In this document: piece by piece, positions 9,509 to 19,964 of the stretch
How the letters are laid out: every line of letters starts with the position of its first letter
Numbering within the stretch: position 1 is the stretch's first letter
Assembly: GCA_965242965.1 (NCBI GenBank)
Contig: OZ251518.1
Span: forward strand, 1,152,001-1,216,000
Direction of reading: 5' to 3'
Origin: Candidatus Poribacteria bacterium
GTDB taxonomy: Bacteria; Poribacteria; WGA-4E; WGA-3G
DNA length: 64,000 bases
Program-made: the position numbers and the translations under genes
The notes under the pieces: model-generated
Database searches by the model: none
Told to the model about the DNA's origin: nothing
Seen by the model: the letters and a program-made list of their open reading frames with translations, nothing else

Positions 9509-9837
9509 TTCATGCTCTCTAGTGTGCGGCGAAAATAGGCATCCAGCGCAATTCCCACCACGCCAATAGTTAATCCAAAGCCAATGAGCGAAACGAGTGC
9601 GGCAAAGATTTTGCCGCCCGGGGTAAGCGGATAAACGTCTTGATAGCCAATGGTGGTGAGCGTCACGATAGCCCACCACATGGAACTGAAAATTGAACCG
9701 AATGCATCCGGCTGCGCCGCCCTTTCAAAATAGTAAATACCACCTGCCAACAGGGAAACACCTATCACCGAGGCGATGACAAGGGCCGCGAGTTTCCTTT
9801 TCATGCTGTATTCTGCGATTCGGGATTTTCTCTTCAT
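9505..9837 (-). CDS. 2-TM pore-only K+ channel (KcsA-like) with GYQD filter
   Basis: FSSMWWAIVTLTTIGYQDVYP; DNA near-identical to the pore region of 8441-9166. Confidence 0.75.
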   Translation of the reverse strand: MKRKSRIAEYSMKRKLAALVIASVIGVSLLAGGIYYFERAAQPDAFGSIFSSMWWAIVTLTTIGYQDVYPLTPGGKIFAALVSLIGFGLTIGVVGIALDAYFRRTLESMK

Positions 9838-9838
9838 A

Positions 9839-10777
9839 TTACCACTTTTTCCGCGTTCTAAGATAGACTCTTAAGACAATTGCCGCCGCATTGACGAGGA
9901 GCACACTGCCCACCAGCACAATCGCCGTCCCGTCCGGGATACCCTCTGTTACATCCGGCACCTGCGTTGAAATGGTGAAAAGATGGAGCGACAACGCCAT
10001 ACACTGCTCGGTGATATTATACGCGAAAACGTCTCCTTCTGCAATAGCTTTATAGAAAACGGCACCGGTGAACATAATCGGCGCGGTTTCCCCTGCGGCG
10101 CGCGACACCTGTAAGATCACCCCGGTCAAAATGCCGCTGATAGAATTCGGGATGACGATGCGGCGGATGGTCTGCCATCGCGTCGCCCCGAGGTTCCAAC
10201 ACGCTTCCCGAAATGCCATCGGCACGGCGTTGAGTGCCTCCTTCGTACTGGCGATGATAACCGGCAGTGTCATAATTGCCAGCGTCAGTGATGCAGCCAG
10301 AATGGATTCGCCTAAGCCGGCGAACAGCACAAACGCGCCGACACCAAACAGCGCGTGCACGATGCTCGGCACACCAGCGAGGTTTACCACGGCGAGGTTC
10401 ACGATGCGCGTAAACCAATTGTCGCGCGCGTATTCGTTGAGGTAAACCGCGGCGAATACGCCGATCGGCGCGGAAACCAGCAGCGATACCACGACGAGAT
10501 AGAGGGTGCCGAGGAAGGGGGCCCAGAGCCCACCGGCGCGCATGTTGTCCTTCGGATTCGTAAACAGAAATTCAAAGGAGAGCACCGGCAGTGCCTTATA
10601 TAGCAGATACCCAATGATTAGGAGCAGCGGCAGAATCATAAAACAGCACATCAGGCAGAAGAAAACCCTCACGCCGTTTTCTGTCCACCGCTTCCGTCTG
10701 CCGATGGCGGTTTCCGTAAATAGGGAGCCGCCATCGGCAGACGCGCCACCCGGTTCCGTGTGTGTATCGGTGTTCAT
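9839..10777 (-). CDS. pstA: Phosphate ABC permease PstA
   Basis: AVYLNEYA, LAGVPSIV and SRAAGETAP. Confidence 0.93.
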   Translation of the reverse strand: MNTDTHTEPGGASADGGSLFTETAIGRRKRWTENGVRVFFCLMCCFMILPLLLIIGYLLYKALPVLSFEFLFTNPKDNMRAGGLWAPFLGTLYLVVVSLLVSAPIGVFAAVYLNEYARDNWFTRIVNLAVVNLAGVPSIVHALFGVGAFVLFAGLGESILAASLTLAIMTLPVIIASTKEALNAVPMAFREACWNLGATRWQTIRRIVIPNSISGILTGVILQVSRAAGETAPIMFTGAVFYKAIAEGDVFAYNITEQCMALSLHLFTISTQVPDVTEGIPDGTAIVLVGSVLLVNAAAIVLRVYLRTRKKW

Positions 10778-10798
10778 ATTTCCTCAGTAATAGAGAAT

Positions 10799-11704
10799 TT
10801 ACGCCTTGCGAATTCCTTTGATAACTAAATCCGCGATGAGGTTCACCACGAACGTAATCGTAAACAACAGGATGCCAATGATGAAAAGCACCTGATAATG
10901 CTCACTGCCTCTAGCGACTTCGCCTAATTCCGCCGCAATTGTCGCCGTGAGGGTGCGGATCCAAGATAGCGGCCCGTCCGGAATGTTCACGGAATGCCCT
11001 GTCGCCATCAGCACTGCCATTGTTTCACCGATGGAACGCGCCGCGCCGAGCAGCACTGCCGCTAACAACCCGTTTTTCGCCGCCGGTAACAGCACGCGGT
11101 AAATCACCTGCCATCGCGTTGCCCCGAGTGCTTCCGCCGCTTCGCGATAGGAGTCCGGCACCGCTTTCAGCGCATCCTCTGCAATAGAAACGATGATGGG
11201 GACACTCATCAACGCCAGCATGATGCTGCCGTTCAACATCGTCAACCCGATCGGCGCGTTAAACAGTTTGATAATCAACTGATTCATCAACGTCAAACCG
11301 ATAAACCCCCAGACGACAGAAGGGATAGCGGCGAGCAGTTCGATGATAATTTTAAACGTCTCGCGCAGTTTTGGACTACAGAATTCTGAAACGAAGATGG
11401 CCGCGCCAAGTCCAAACGGCACCGCGAGCAGCATCGCCAAGGCGGTAACGCTGAAAGTGCCGAGAATCAGCGCGAACGTGCCATACCGCTTCTGGCTCAG
11501 CGAGGTAGGATACCACTCGGGACTCGTCAAAAACTGCCCCAAATCCAAGCCGCCGAAGAGGAACCCGGCTCCCTCTCGAAACACGAAGAAGAAAATGCCG
11601 AACACGAAAATGATTGCGCTGATGCCGCACAAGCGGATGAACAACTCAATAATAGTCTCAGAAAACGGGACGTTCGCCCCCCTCTTTTTTCCTAGCAGCT
11701 TCAC
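10799..11704 (-). CDS. pstC: Phosphate ABC permease PstC
   Basis: ELLAAIPSVVWG, RSIGETMAVLM and TLTATIAAELGE. Confidence 0.93.
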   Translation of the reverse strand: MKLLGKKRGANVPFSETIIELFIRLCGISAIIFVFGIFFFVFREGAGFLFGGLDLGQFLTSPEWYPTSLSQKRYGTFALILGTFSVTALAMLLAVPFGLGAAIFVSEFCSPKLRETFKIIIELLAAIPSVVWGFIGLTLMNQLIIKLFNAPIGLTMLNGSIMLALMSVPIIVSIAEDALKAVPDSYREAAEALGATRWQVIYRVLLPAAKNGLLAAVLLGAARSIGETMAVLMATGHSVNIPDGPLSWIRTLTATIAAELGEVARGSEHYQVLFIIGILLFTITFVVNLIADLVIKGIRKA

Positions 11705-12600
11705 GGACTACCCTCGCTTTTGAGCGGCACGAAGCCGAGCCTCTCCACAATGTTTTGGCCCGCCGGGGACAAGAGCCAATCGAGATAGATTTTCACCTCA
11801 CCCACCGGTTCACCGAGGGAATACATATACAACGGCCGCGCGATAGGATACGTTTTGTCCAAGACGTTTTGGAGGTTCGGCGCGTAATAACGGGCACCGG
11901 GTTTGACAGCGACATCCAACATTTTGACGTGTTCTGTGGCGTAGCCCATCCCACTATAGCCGATAGCGCACGGCGTGCGTTCCACCACTTCAACGACATC
12001 CTTGGAACCGTGTAAATCCAGTGAACCGAGGGCGAAATCGCGCGCCTTGCCGAGCAACGCCTCCCGGAAATAGAAATAGGTGCCTGAGTTTGACTGCCGG
12101 CTGATGCGGATAATCTTGTCGCTGGGACAAGCCGCATGCACTATGCCGAGGTGGCTCCATTGCATTATCGTGCCGCGCTCACCGTAAATTTCGGCGAGCT
12201 GGGGGATACTAATCCGCTCCAACGGGTTATCAGGATGCACGTAAACCGCAAGCGCATCATACCCAACGATAAATTCCCGCGGGCTCTTGCCGGTATTTTC
12301 GGTAGCCTGCTCCAACTCCTTCGGCTTAATTTGCCGACTACAATTGGCAATATCGACAGTCCCGTTGATGAGTGCGGCAACACCGGTACCGGAACCGCCA
12401 CCTGATACCTCCACAGACGCGGTAGTGCTGACACCGATGTAAGCCTCCGCCCACGCCTGCGCCAGATTCACCATAGTGTCGGAGCCTTTATTTTTGATGA
12501 CTGTCGGCTTGTCTACTCGCGCGGTGCCGGTGGCATCGTCGCGCGGCGCGCATCCAAACGCTGACAAGAGGATAATGAAAATTAAAAACGTTCTTATCAC
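11701..12600 (-). CDS. pstS: Phosphate-binding lipoprotein PstS
   Basis: Lipobox AFGC; KGSDTMVNL, GGGSGTG and SRQSNSGT. Confidence 0.93.
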   Translation of the reverse strand: MIRTFLIFIILLSAFGCAPRDDATGTARVDKPTVIKNKGSDTMVNLAQAWAEAYIGVSTTASVEVSGGGSGTGVAALINGTVDIANCSRQIKPKELEQATENTGKSPREFIVGYDALAVYVHPDNPLERISIPQLAEIYGERGTIMQWSHLGIVHAACPSDKIIRISRQSNSGTYFYFREALLGKARDFALGSLDLHGSKDVVEVVERTPCAIGYSGMGYATEHVKMLDVAVKPGARYYAPNLQNVLDKTYPIARPLYMYSLGEPVGEVKIYLDWLLSPAGQNIVERLGFVPLKSEGSP

Positions 12601-12639
12601 GAAGTTTGCCTTCCTGGCTGGATTCTGGGGTAATTATAG

Positions 12640-12750
12640 CATAAATTTGTTACAAAGATGAGACAAATGTATGGATTTTTCTCGCTGTTTTCGTAAGTCA
12701 ATATAGTATAACATCTTTTCGACTTTTCTGTCGCATAAATGTGACAAATT
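12640..12750 (-). promoter_or_regulatory. pstS promoter with Pho-box-like direct repeats
   Basis: Extended -10 TGTTATACT (12705-12713). 11-bp-period repeats TTGTCACATTT/ATGCGACAGAA over the -35 position and TTGTCTCATCT/TTGTAACAAAT downstream. Confidence 0.55.
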
Positions 12751-12768
12751 TGCGTCTTTCCGAAGAAC

Positions 12769-13222
12769 GTAGCGCGGGGGTTTGTCCTCGCGATGCCTCC
12801 CCGGTAGGAGAGACCTCCCGGTCTCGATTGCTCCCGCGCTACGGTTGGTGAGGCCGTCTCCGTTTACCGTAGGGCGAGGGCCTGTCCCTCGCCATGCCTC
12901 GACCGGAACGAGAAATGGCCTTAGTCTGCGTGCGTTTTTCGCGTAGGTCGAACGATCGCGGGGGACAGGCCCCCGCGCTACGGTATGCAAGGCCGCCTCC
13001 CTTTACCGTAGGGCGAGGGCCTGTCCCTCGCCGTGCCTTGATCGAGAGGAAAACGGCTTTGGTTGGCGTGCGTTTTTCGCGCGGGTCGAACGATCGCGGG
13101 GGCCTGTCCCCCGCGCTACGGTATGCAAGGCCGTCTCCCTTCACCGTAGGGCGAGGGCCTGTCCCTCGCCGTGCCCTGGGGCCCGCGAACGTTCGCGGGG
13201 GATAGGCCCCCGCGCTACGGGC
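12769..13222. repeat. REP-like cluster with about 120-bp tandem units
   Basis: Three repeats of the two main hairpin families with similar linkers. Confidence 0.85.
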
Positions 13223-13345
13223 CAGGAAGGGTTCTCCGCAAGGTCCTTCATCGAGATTGTCTGAATCAAGATGGACAAGATTATAGGATTTACAAGATTT
13301 GTTTCGCGCCCATCCAAAAAAATATCATTTTTTCCAGAAAAAAAT

Positions 13346-13374
13346 TTGACAAACGGGTGAAAATGTGGTATACT
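13346..13374 (+). promoter_or_regulatory. sigma70-type promoter
   Basis: TTGACA-17 nt-TATACT with extended TG. Confidence 0.8.
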
Positions 13375-13433
13375 ATCATATATCACAATTTTAGTGCGAG
13401 AGTCACCACAACACAATGAAAAGGAGGACGAAC

Positions 13434-13598
13434 GTGAAAACTCAATCGGATCGCATCTCTGCGGATACCTATTTCCGCCTGCGTCATGCGCAACGGCCGC
13501 CCTGGCTGCGCGCCCGAGCCCCGTTCGTCCCCTCCGTTGATGAGGCTCGCCGAACTGTGATAGATACGATTTGCCCCCCCTTGCTATACAGCCGTTAA
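13434..13598 (+). CDS. Possible 54-aa leader peptide or small protein
   Basis: AGGAGG 6 nt before GTG, just downstream of the promoter; no recognisable family. Confidence 0.35.
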   Translation: MKTQSDRISADTYFRLRHAQRPPWLRARAPFVPSVDEARRTVIDTICPPLLYSR

Positions 13599-14003
13599 CC
13601 TTTGATAGACTCGGTTGGAATGCCCTTCGGGGGAATAGCCTTACCCTGAATCCTGATACCAAAACCCGCGCGCGTTTCACACGCGTATGTCATTTCGCCT
13701 CGTGCCTGCCACGGGGCTTTTCGCGTTGCATCAACCGATACAACGCCTACCAGTGTTGTTCCGGGGAAAATTCACTCCCCACTAGGGGTATTAAGGGGCA
13801 GGATAACCGTGGGCACCTGCCCACGGTTCCCTGTTTTCTCCGAGAACTCTACCGCCTTCCTTGCTTCTCTCGGAAAGGGAAAAATCAAGACCGGGAGGGC
13901 TCGCCTACCAAGGCTCTATCGCCTTTCTCGCTTCACTGGCGGAAGGACCATGTCAACGAAACAGAAGACAGCGGCGGCACTGCCTCTGTCTAAACTGAAA
14001 TCG

Positions 14004-14065
14004 ATGGGTGCGGTTTCTGCTGCAACCGTTGCAGCGGCACCCATGTTCACTTTATTTTTTTATTT
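14004..14065 (+). terminator. Terminator/attenuator-like hairpin before the large gene
   Basis: ATGGGTGC..GCTGCAA-CCG-TTGCAGC..GCACCCAT followed by a T-rich tract, just upstream of the GGAGG RBS. Confidence 0.45.
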
Positions 14066-14080
14066 AATGGAGGAAACTTT

Positions 14081-17000
14081 ATGAAAAGGCAATCGTTTTT
14101 ACACTGTCTCTTGGTTTTGATGCTCCTTGCCGGAGCCGTTTCCGTGCCGCGGACAGCAGCACCGGCACCACAGTTCGCCCCCGCTACAGATCCGGAGCGG
14201 TTCCGGTTTCTTGCCCAAGATGGAATAACACCCGTGGACAGCGCACCGCATGCCGGGACTTCCTACTATACGACTGTCCGTAATACCGACGAGTGTGAAG
14301 CGGTGCACAGTCAGCGCGGCATCCCTTACATCGAAGGTTGTCCACACGTGATTGCACCCGGCTACTCCTTCGGGAGCGATATCCGTGACGACGAAAAATT
14401 TCCGGTCGCTTATTGGATAACCGGTGAGAAGATTTATTTCCGCATAAAGTTCACAGAACCTGTGCAAGTGGATCAAACCAATCTTCCAACGGTGCACCTT
14501 GACTTTGACTGGGTGAGACGGGAGAACGAAAACGATCCGACTGCAGATCCGATTACGGCCAGGCTTGTTCCCGGTGAGGGCACCGACAGCGATGCCACGC
14601 GGGACATGCTCACCTTTGTATATACCGTGAAGGAACGCGACGACTGCCTGGGCGATGGGGTCAACGTACCGGCGGATGATAATAACTTCGGGTTCCGGCA
14701 TAATACAGCTGGGGCAATCCAAGACCTTAGCGGCAATGACTTCGATTTTTCTACCACGAACCTGCGCCAGGTGTTTGATATCTACTACAGCGGTAATTAC
14801 ACGTTAGGTGAAGCAGCTTTTAGAGGGATTCGGTTCGGCATTGATACCTATCGCTCAAGCGTAAGAATTACCGGACTGATAATAAGGGCCCCAGCTCTGG
14901 ATGCAACTCACGACGAGAGGGGCGCGCGCAATGACCCCGTCAATTTTGAGGATATCACTCCAAATCTCCTTGGCAAAAAAGGGGTGAGCCCGCACCCGGA
15001 CGATCCGTCCTCTCGTGTAGAAGAATCGACTGTGCAGACAGCTGCGTTTGACATAGAAATCCGCTTTTTCAATTACGGCACTGGCGATGGAGACGGTGTC
15101 TCATCAGACGAGCCGCAGGGGTTTGAAGCCCAGGATATCAAAATTGCTGATGCCAATAGTGGCACGGTGCTGAGTGACTGGGCGGTCTCTCACCCGAAGT
15201 TCATCGGGCAAGACCACCGAGACCCCGGGGATTGGCAGGACTCAAGCGCGGATGGTGCCCTCGGTGATGCCAAGAATTCAGCTGCATTCCTTGTCTACGA
15301 GGCGAGGATTACACCGCCCAACGGGTTTGATGGGACTGTGAACATTTTCCTTGAAGAGGGTGCGACGTTGGACATCGCGGGGAATCTGAGTCTGAAATCG
15401 AATGTCTTCACCGTTCCGGTGCGGACTCCACCGACGGTGCAGGTAGCGCGCCCGGCAGAGGAAACAGGCGTGGTGATTGAGGATTTTGCGGTTGAATTTA
15501 CTTTTGGCCGCGATGTCGTATCGCCGTTTGACACGGAGAAAATCAGCATCACGCAGGCGGATGGAACGGCGTTGAATTGGGAGGTGGCTGTCTCTCAACC
15601 GACATCGCCGAGTGCTACCGTCAGTGCCGTTGTCACGCCTGCCTTCAATTTTGATGGCAAGGTGCACATCACGCTTGAAGCAGGGGCAGTCAAGGAGGCA
15701 GCAGCCGTTGATGATGGGGTAGCAGTCCCAGAATACCTCTCAAACGCCGCCGCCACGGCGGCATTAGTTGTGACAGTTGATACGGTGCCGCCGCGTGTCA
15801 CTGAAACGCCGAAGATTGCCGCGCCGGAGGAAGAGGTTTACACCGCAGGCAATGAACTGACTGTAGAGGTGTCGTTTGACGAGAAGGGTGTCACCTACAC
15901 TGGGGAGAATCCGCCGTATGTGGTGATTTATTTAGGCGAGCGCGTTTTGGCGAATGCGCGGCATGCGACGTGGCAAAGAGGTTCGGAGAGCGATGGTTCA
16001 ACGATTGTTCCGTTTGCGTATCCTATCCAAGCGGGTGATTTTGCGACATCGGTGTCCCTGGATACCAGCGGGATATTGATTCCGCAGGGGACACGGGTGG
16101 TTGATGGCGATGGCAACGAGCTGTTAGGTCAGGCCACGCCGGCGATAGAGCCGGGAGCACCGGTGGACAGGCTGCCGCCAAAGACAGCGCGAGAAGACAC
16201 GCTGACGTTTCCAACAACGCGGCAGGAACCTCCGACGTTCGATCTCTCGGATACACCGGTGTTGTCGGTGATTTACCTTCCGGAAACGTCAGATCCGAAG
16301 TCGCCAGCCTCTGATGTGCCTCGCGAGCCTATCGTTTTCAACGAGCTCGGCAACGGTAGCGGGGATGCAAACGACTGGATAGAGCTCCGCAATGTCGACG
16401 TTTCGGATGTCTCTCTCAAAGACTGGGAGCTCTCTGTCGTCGCCGATGGCAAGAAAGAGGATACATCGCTCATTATGTTTCCCGATGTGCGTGTGCCGGC
16501 GAACGGCTTGTTGCTGATTACCAACATGCCTTCGGACAAAACACCGCTGGCAGGCGGGGAAAATAAGGGGTTATCGCATGCATCGTTGGATAACGCCGGT
16601 CTCTCGCTGCCCGATGATGGCAAGTTCCTTCTCATTCTCCGCAATGCGAAAGACAAACTCGGTTTGGACGAAGCGTTCGTGGATGTCGCCGGGGGCGGCG
16701 GCAGTGACACCGATGCGTTCATCCGCGAACAGACAGGGCTGTATGATACGCATGTCTGGCCCTTGCAAGTGTTGCAAGCACCCGGTGGCGATACCGAGGA
16801 TGCGCTCAGTTCAGGCAAGGTCTGGCAGCGCGCCAAAGCGGATATCGTCGGGTATCATAAAGATGCCTGGGCGGAAGCCGCCTTCACCGGTATCGGCTAT
16901 GACAGGAAAGTGACAGTGTCTCCGGCGACATCTGGCACGCCGGGGTATCCGAATGGCGCGGTGAAAACGGAAGCGGCTACGCCGAAAGGTGCAGTCACCA

Positions 17001-17980
17001 TTAGCGAACTCATGTTGGATTCGGGTGGTGGCACGCTGCCGCAGTGGATAGAGCTCTACAATGCGTCTAAAACGGAAGCACTGAATCTGAATCGGTGGCA
17101 GTTGGAGATTCAGAATGAAAAATCCGAAGACCTCGTCGGCCGCCCGATTGTGACGTTGACATTGCAGGAGAAGGTGATTCAACCGAATCAGACGCTGTTG
17201 ATAGTGGCAGGCGATGCGCGCGCTTCGTCGGCGGGTGTTTTCCCGGCAGATAGGGTTTACAACCTGCTTGACTTGCACGAGAAGAATCTGCGCATTAAAA
17301 CCGCGCGGGATACGTTCTTGAGTACCGATGCATTCTATCTGAAACTCACCGATAGAAATGGGAATTTGGTAGACGAAGTCGGTAACACCGATGGCAATCG
17401 TCGCACCGATGATGCGCCGTCGTGGGCGGTGCCGGTGCGCGGTTTGGAAGATGCGCGGAGTTCGCTCGTCCGTCGCTATGTGAAAGGCGTAGCGGAGAAG
17501 GGGACAAGACGTTCCGGGTGGGCTTTTGCGGCATATTTCAAGCAATTTAAAGTGGAATCGTTGCATTATGGCCATGCCGATGACATCGGCACGCCGGGAT
17601 ATCGGCAAGGCGGTGCCTTGCCCGTCGAATTGTCAAGTTTCTCCGTGACGCGCACCGATGCAGGTCCGGTTGTCGTGACTTGGATAACCGAATCTGAGGT
17701 AGACAACGCCGGTTTCAACCTCCGTCGCAGCGAGAGACGCGATAGTGGATTTACGTTGTTGAATCCAGTGCTCATCGCCGGTGCCGGCACTACCGGTGAG
17801 CGTCAAACTTACACGTTCACCGATACGTCCGCGAAGCCTGGGGTCGAATACTATTATCAAATCGAAGAGGTTTCGTTAGGTGGGCGGCCGGAGGTGTTGC
17901 GGACACGTTACTTACCGGGTCCCGTTTCGCCGGCGAATCGTTCGTTGACAACGTTTGGTGAAGTGAAGCAGCGGGAGTAA
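14081..17980 (+). CDS. Large secreted protein with Ig-like and two lamin-tail (LTD) domains
   Basis: Signal peptide; IVFNEL..DWIELRN and VTISELM..QWIELYN LTD motifs; GTPGY; LPVELSSF domain; ends SLTTFGEVKQRE. Confidence 0.8.
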   Translation: MKRQSFLHCLLVLMLLAGAVSVPRTAAPAPQFAPATDPERFRFLAQDGITPVDSAPHAGTSYYTTVRNTDECEAVHSQRGIPYIEGCPHVIAPGYSFGSDIRDDEKFPVAYWITGEKIYFRIKFTEPVQVDQTNLPTVHLDFDWVRRENENDPTADPITARLVPGEGTDSDATRDMLTFVYTVKERDDCLGDGVNVPADDNNFGFRHNTAGAIQDLSGNDFDFSTTNLRQVFDIYYSGNYTLGEAAFRGIRFGIDTYRSSVRITGLIIRAPALDATHDERGARNDPVNFEDITPNLLGKKGVSPHPDDPSSRVEESTVQTAAFDIEIRFFNYGTGDGDGVSSDEPQGFEAQDIKIADANSGTVLSDWAVSHPKFIGQDHRDPGDWQDSSADGALGDAKNSAAFLVYEARITPPNGFDGTVNIFLEEGATLDIAGNLSLKSNVFTVPVRTPPTVQVARPAEETGVVIEDFAVEFTFGRDVVSPFDTEKISITQADGTALNWEVAVSQPTSPSATVSAVVTPAFNFDGKVHITLEAGAVKEAAAVDDGVAVPEYLSNAAATAALVVTVDTVPPRVTETPKIAAPEEEVYTAGNELTVEVSFDEKGVTYTGENPPYVVIYLGERVLANARHATWQRGSESDGSTIVPFAYPIQAGDFATSVSLDTSGILIPQGTRVVDGDGNELLGQATPAIEPGAPVDRLPPKTAREDTLTFPTTRQEPPTFDLSDTPVLSVIYLPETSDPKSPASDVPREPIVFNELGNGSGDANDWIELRNVDVSDVSLKDWELSVVADGKKEDTSLIMFPDVRVPANGLLLITNMPSDKTPLAGGENKGLSHASLDNAGLSLPDDGKFLLILRNAKDKLGLDEAFVDVAGGGGSDTDAFIREQTGLYDTHVWPLQVLQAPGGDTEDALSSGKVWQRAKADIVGYHKDAWAEAAFTGIGYDRKVTVSPATSGTPGYPNGAVKTEAATPKGAVTISELMLDSGGGTLPQWIELYNASKTEALNLNRWQLEIQNEKSEDLVGRPIVTLTLQEKVIQPNQTLLIVAGDARASSAGVFPADRVYNLLDLHEKNLRIKTARDTFLSTDAFYLKLTDRNGNLVDEVGNTDGNRRTDDAPSWAVPVRGLEDARSSLVRRYVKGVAEKGTRRSGWAFAAYFKQFKVESLHYGHADDIGTPGYRQGGALPVELSSFSVTRTDAGPVVVTWITESEVDNAGFNLRRSERRDSGFTLLNPVLIAGAGTTGERQTYTFTDTSAKPGVEYYYQIEEVSLGGRPEVLRTRYLPGPVSPANRSLTTFGEVKQRE

Positions 17981-17996
17981 TTCTCGCGCTGTTATC

Positions 17997-18343
17997 GTAG
18001 CGCGGGGGCCTGTCCCCCGCGTTTTTTTCGTCATGGCCCGTAGCGCGGGGGCCTGTCCCCCGCGCTACGATAAAAAAAGCGTGCCGTTTACCGTAGGGCG
18101 AGGGCCTGTCCCTCGCCATGCATCGATCGGGGAAACGGTTTTGGTTGGCGTGCGTTTTTCGCGCGGGTCGGGCGATCGCGGGGGACAGGCCCCCGCGCTA
18201 CGGTAGATGAGGCTGCCTCGCGCTTGCCCCGTTCGGGAGCAGGTGCTCCCGAACTACAGTCACCCCTAATCGTGATAATCGTGATAATCGTGATAATCCT
18301 GCTCCTGCTTGGCTTGGCGAGGGACAGGCCCTCGCCCTACGGT
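17997..18343. repeat. REP-like cluster including a (AATCGTGAT)x3 microrepeat
   Basis: GTAG hairpins; 9-mer tandem repeat at about 18268-18298. Confidence 0.85.
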
Positions 18344-18448
18344 GAAAGGCACCGTTCTTATGGATACCGTCTCACCATCCCGAAAAACTTGATTTGAAAA
18401 ATGAATTATGGTAAAATTATAGAAACCAATGAGAGAAAGGAGACAACT

Positions 18449-19960
18449 ATGGAAGAAAAATTTCAAACTCTCAAAACCCGTTTGATGGAAGTTGATGACT
18501 TGTCGTCAGCGGCAGGGCTGCTCTACTGGGATCAATCCACCTATATGCCGCCCGGCGGTGCCGCTGCACGGGCACGTCAAACCGCGACGCTCACCCGCTT
18601 AGCACACGAAAAATTTACCGACCCGGGCATCGGGAAGTTGTTAGACGCACTGGTGCCTTACGAAGAAAGCCTCCCTTACGATTCCGATGAGGCAAGCCTG
18701 CTGCGCGTTACACGGCGCAAATATGAACGTGCCATTAAAATCCCATCCGAATTCACGGCGGAGGTAGCGAACCACACCGCCATCTCCTATCAGGTTTGGA
18801 CGGAGGCGCGTCCGGCGAACGACTTTGAGCGGGTGCGTCCCTATTTGGAGAAAACGCTGACATATAGTCGCCAAGCCGCCGATTTCTTTCCGGACTATGA
18901 ACACATCGCCGACCCGCTGATTGAATTGAGCGATTACGGCATGAAGGCCACCGATATCAGCCGCATCTTTGCCAACTTGCGCGAAGAGCTCGTCCCTATT
19001 GCGCAAGCGATTACGGCGCAGCCGCCTGCCGATGATGCCTGCCTGCGCAAGAATTTTCCGGAGGCGCAGCAGTTCGAGTTCAGCATGGATGTCGCTCAGC
19101 GGTTCGGCTATGAACTTCAGCGAGGTAGGCGGGACCAGACGCACCACCCCTTTATGACAAAATTCTCCCTCGGCGATGTCCGTATCACAACCCGTTCCAG
19201 GGAGAACAAGATTAGCGACGCATTGTTTACCACGTTCCACGAAACTGGGCACGCGCTTTATGAACAAGGCATCCGCATGGAATTGGAAGCCACGCCGCTC
19301 GCCAGAGGCACGTCGTCCGGTGTGCATGAAAGTCAATCGCGGTTGTGGGAGAACATCGTCGGACGGAGCCGCGGGTTTTGGCACTGTTTTTATCCAAAGT
19401 TGCAAAGTATTTTTCCAACGCAGCTCGGCGATGTCTCGCTAGACGAGTTCTACCGTGCGATTAACAAGGTGGAACGTTCGCTCATCCGCACGGACGCAGA
19501 CGAGGTTACCTACAACCTACACGTCATGTTGCGTTTCGATTTCGAGTTAGCGATGCTTGAGGGGAACCTTGAAATTCGCGATCTGCCGGATGCATGGCGC
19601 GAACGCTTTGAGGCAGATTTCGGTATCGTGCCACCAGATGACAAGGACGGTGTCTTGCAAGACGTGCATTGGTATTTCGGGCTTATCGGCGGTGCGTTCC
19701 AAGGTTACACGTTGGGCAATATCTTGGGCTCGCAATTTTTCGCATCCGCGCTGGCAGCCCATCCGGGAATCCTCGCCGAGATAGAGCGCGGTGAGTTCGG
19801 CACCTTGCACACGTGGTTGAAGGAGAACCTCTACCAACACGGCTCAAAGTATACCGCGCCGGAAATCATCGAACGCGCGACGGGCACGTCTCTGTCAATT
19901 GAACCCTATATCGCCTATCTCCGAACGAAATACGGGGAACTGTATGAGTTGGGGGATTAA
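18449..19960 (+). CDS. Carboxypeptidase Taq family (M32)
   Basis: HPF, DVRITT, HETGH, HESQ, IRTDADE and LQDVHW. Confidence 0.95.
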   Translation: MEEKFQTLKTRLMEVDDLSSAAGLLYWDQSTYMPPGGAAARARQTATLTRLAHEKFTDPGIGKLLDALVPYEESLPYDSDEASLLRVTRRKYERAIKIPSEFTAEVANHTAISYQVWTEARPANDFERVRPYLEKTLTYSRQAADFFPDYEHIADPLIELSDYGMKATDISRIFANLREELVPIAQAITAQPPADDACLRKNFPEAQQFEFSMDVAQRFGYELQRGRRDQTHHPFMTKFSLGDVRITTRSRENKISDALFTTFHETGHALYEQGIRMELEATPLARGTSSGVHESQSRLWENIVGRSRGFWHCFYPKLQSIFPTQLGDVSLDEFYRAINKVERSLIRTDADEVTYNLHVMLRFDFELAMLEGNLEIRDLPDAWRERFEADFGIVPPDDKDGVLQDVHWYFGLIGGAFQGYTLGNILGSQFFASALAAHPGILAEIERGEFGTLHTWLKENLYQHGSKYTAPEIIERATGTSLSIEPYIAYLRTKYGELYELGD

Positions 19961-19964
19961 AAAG

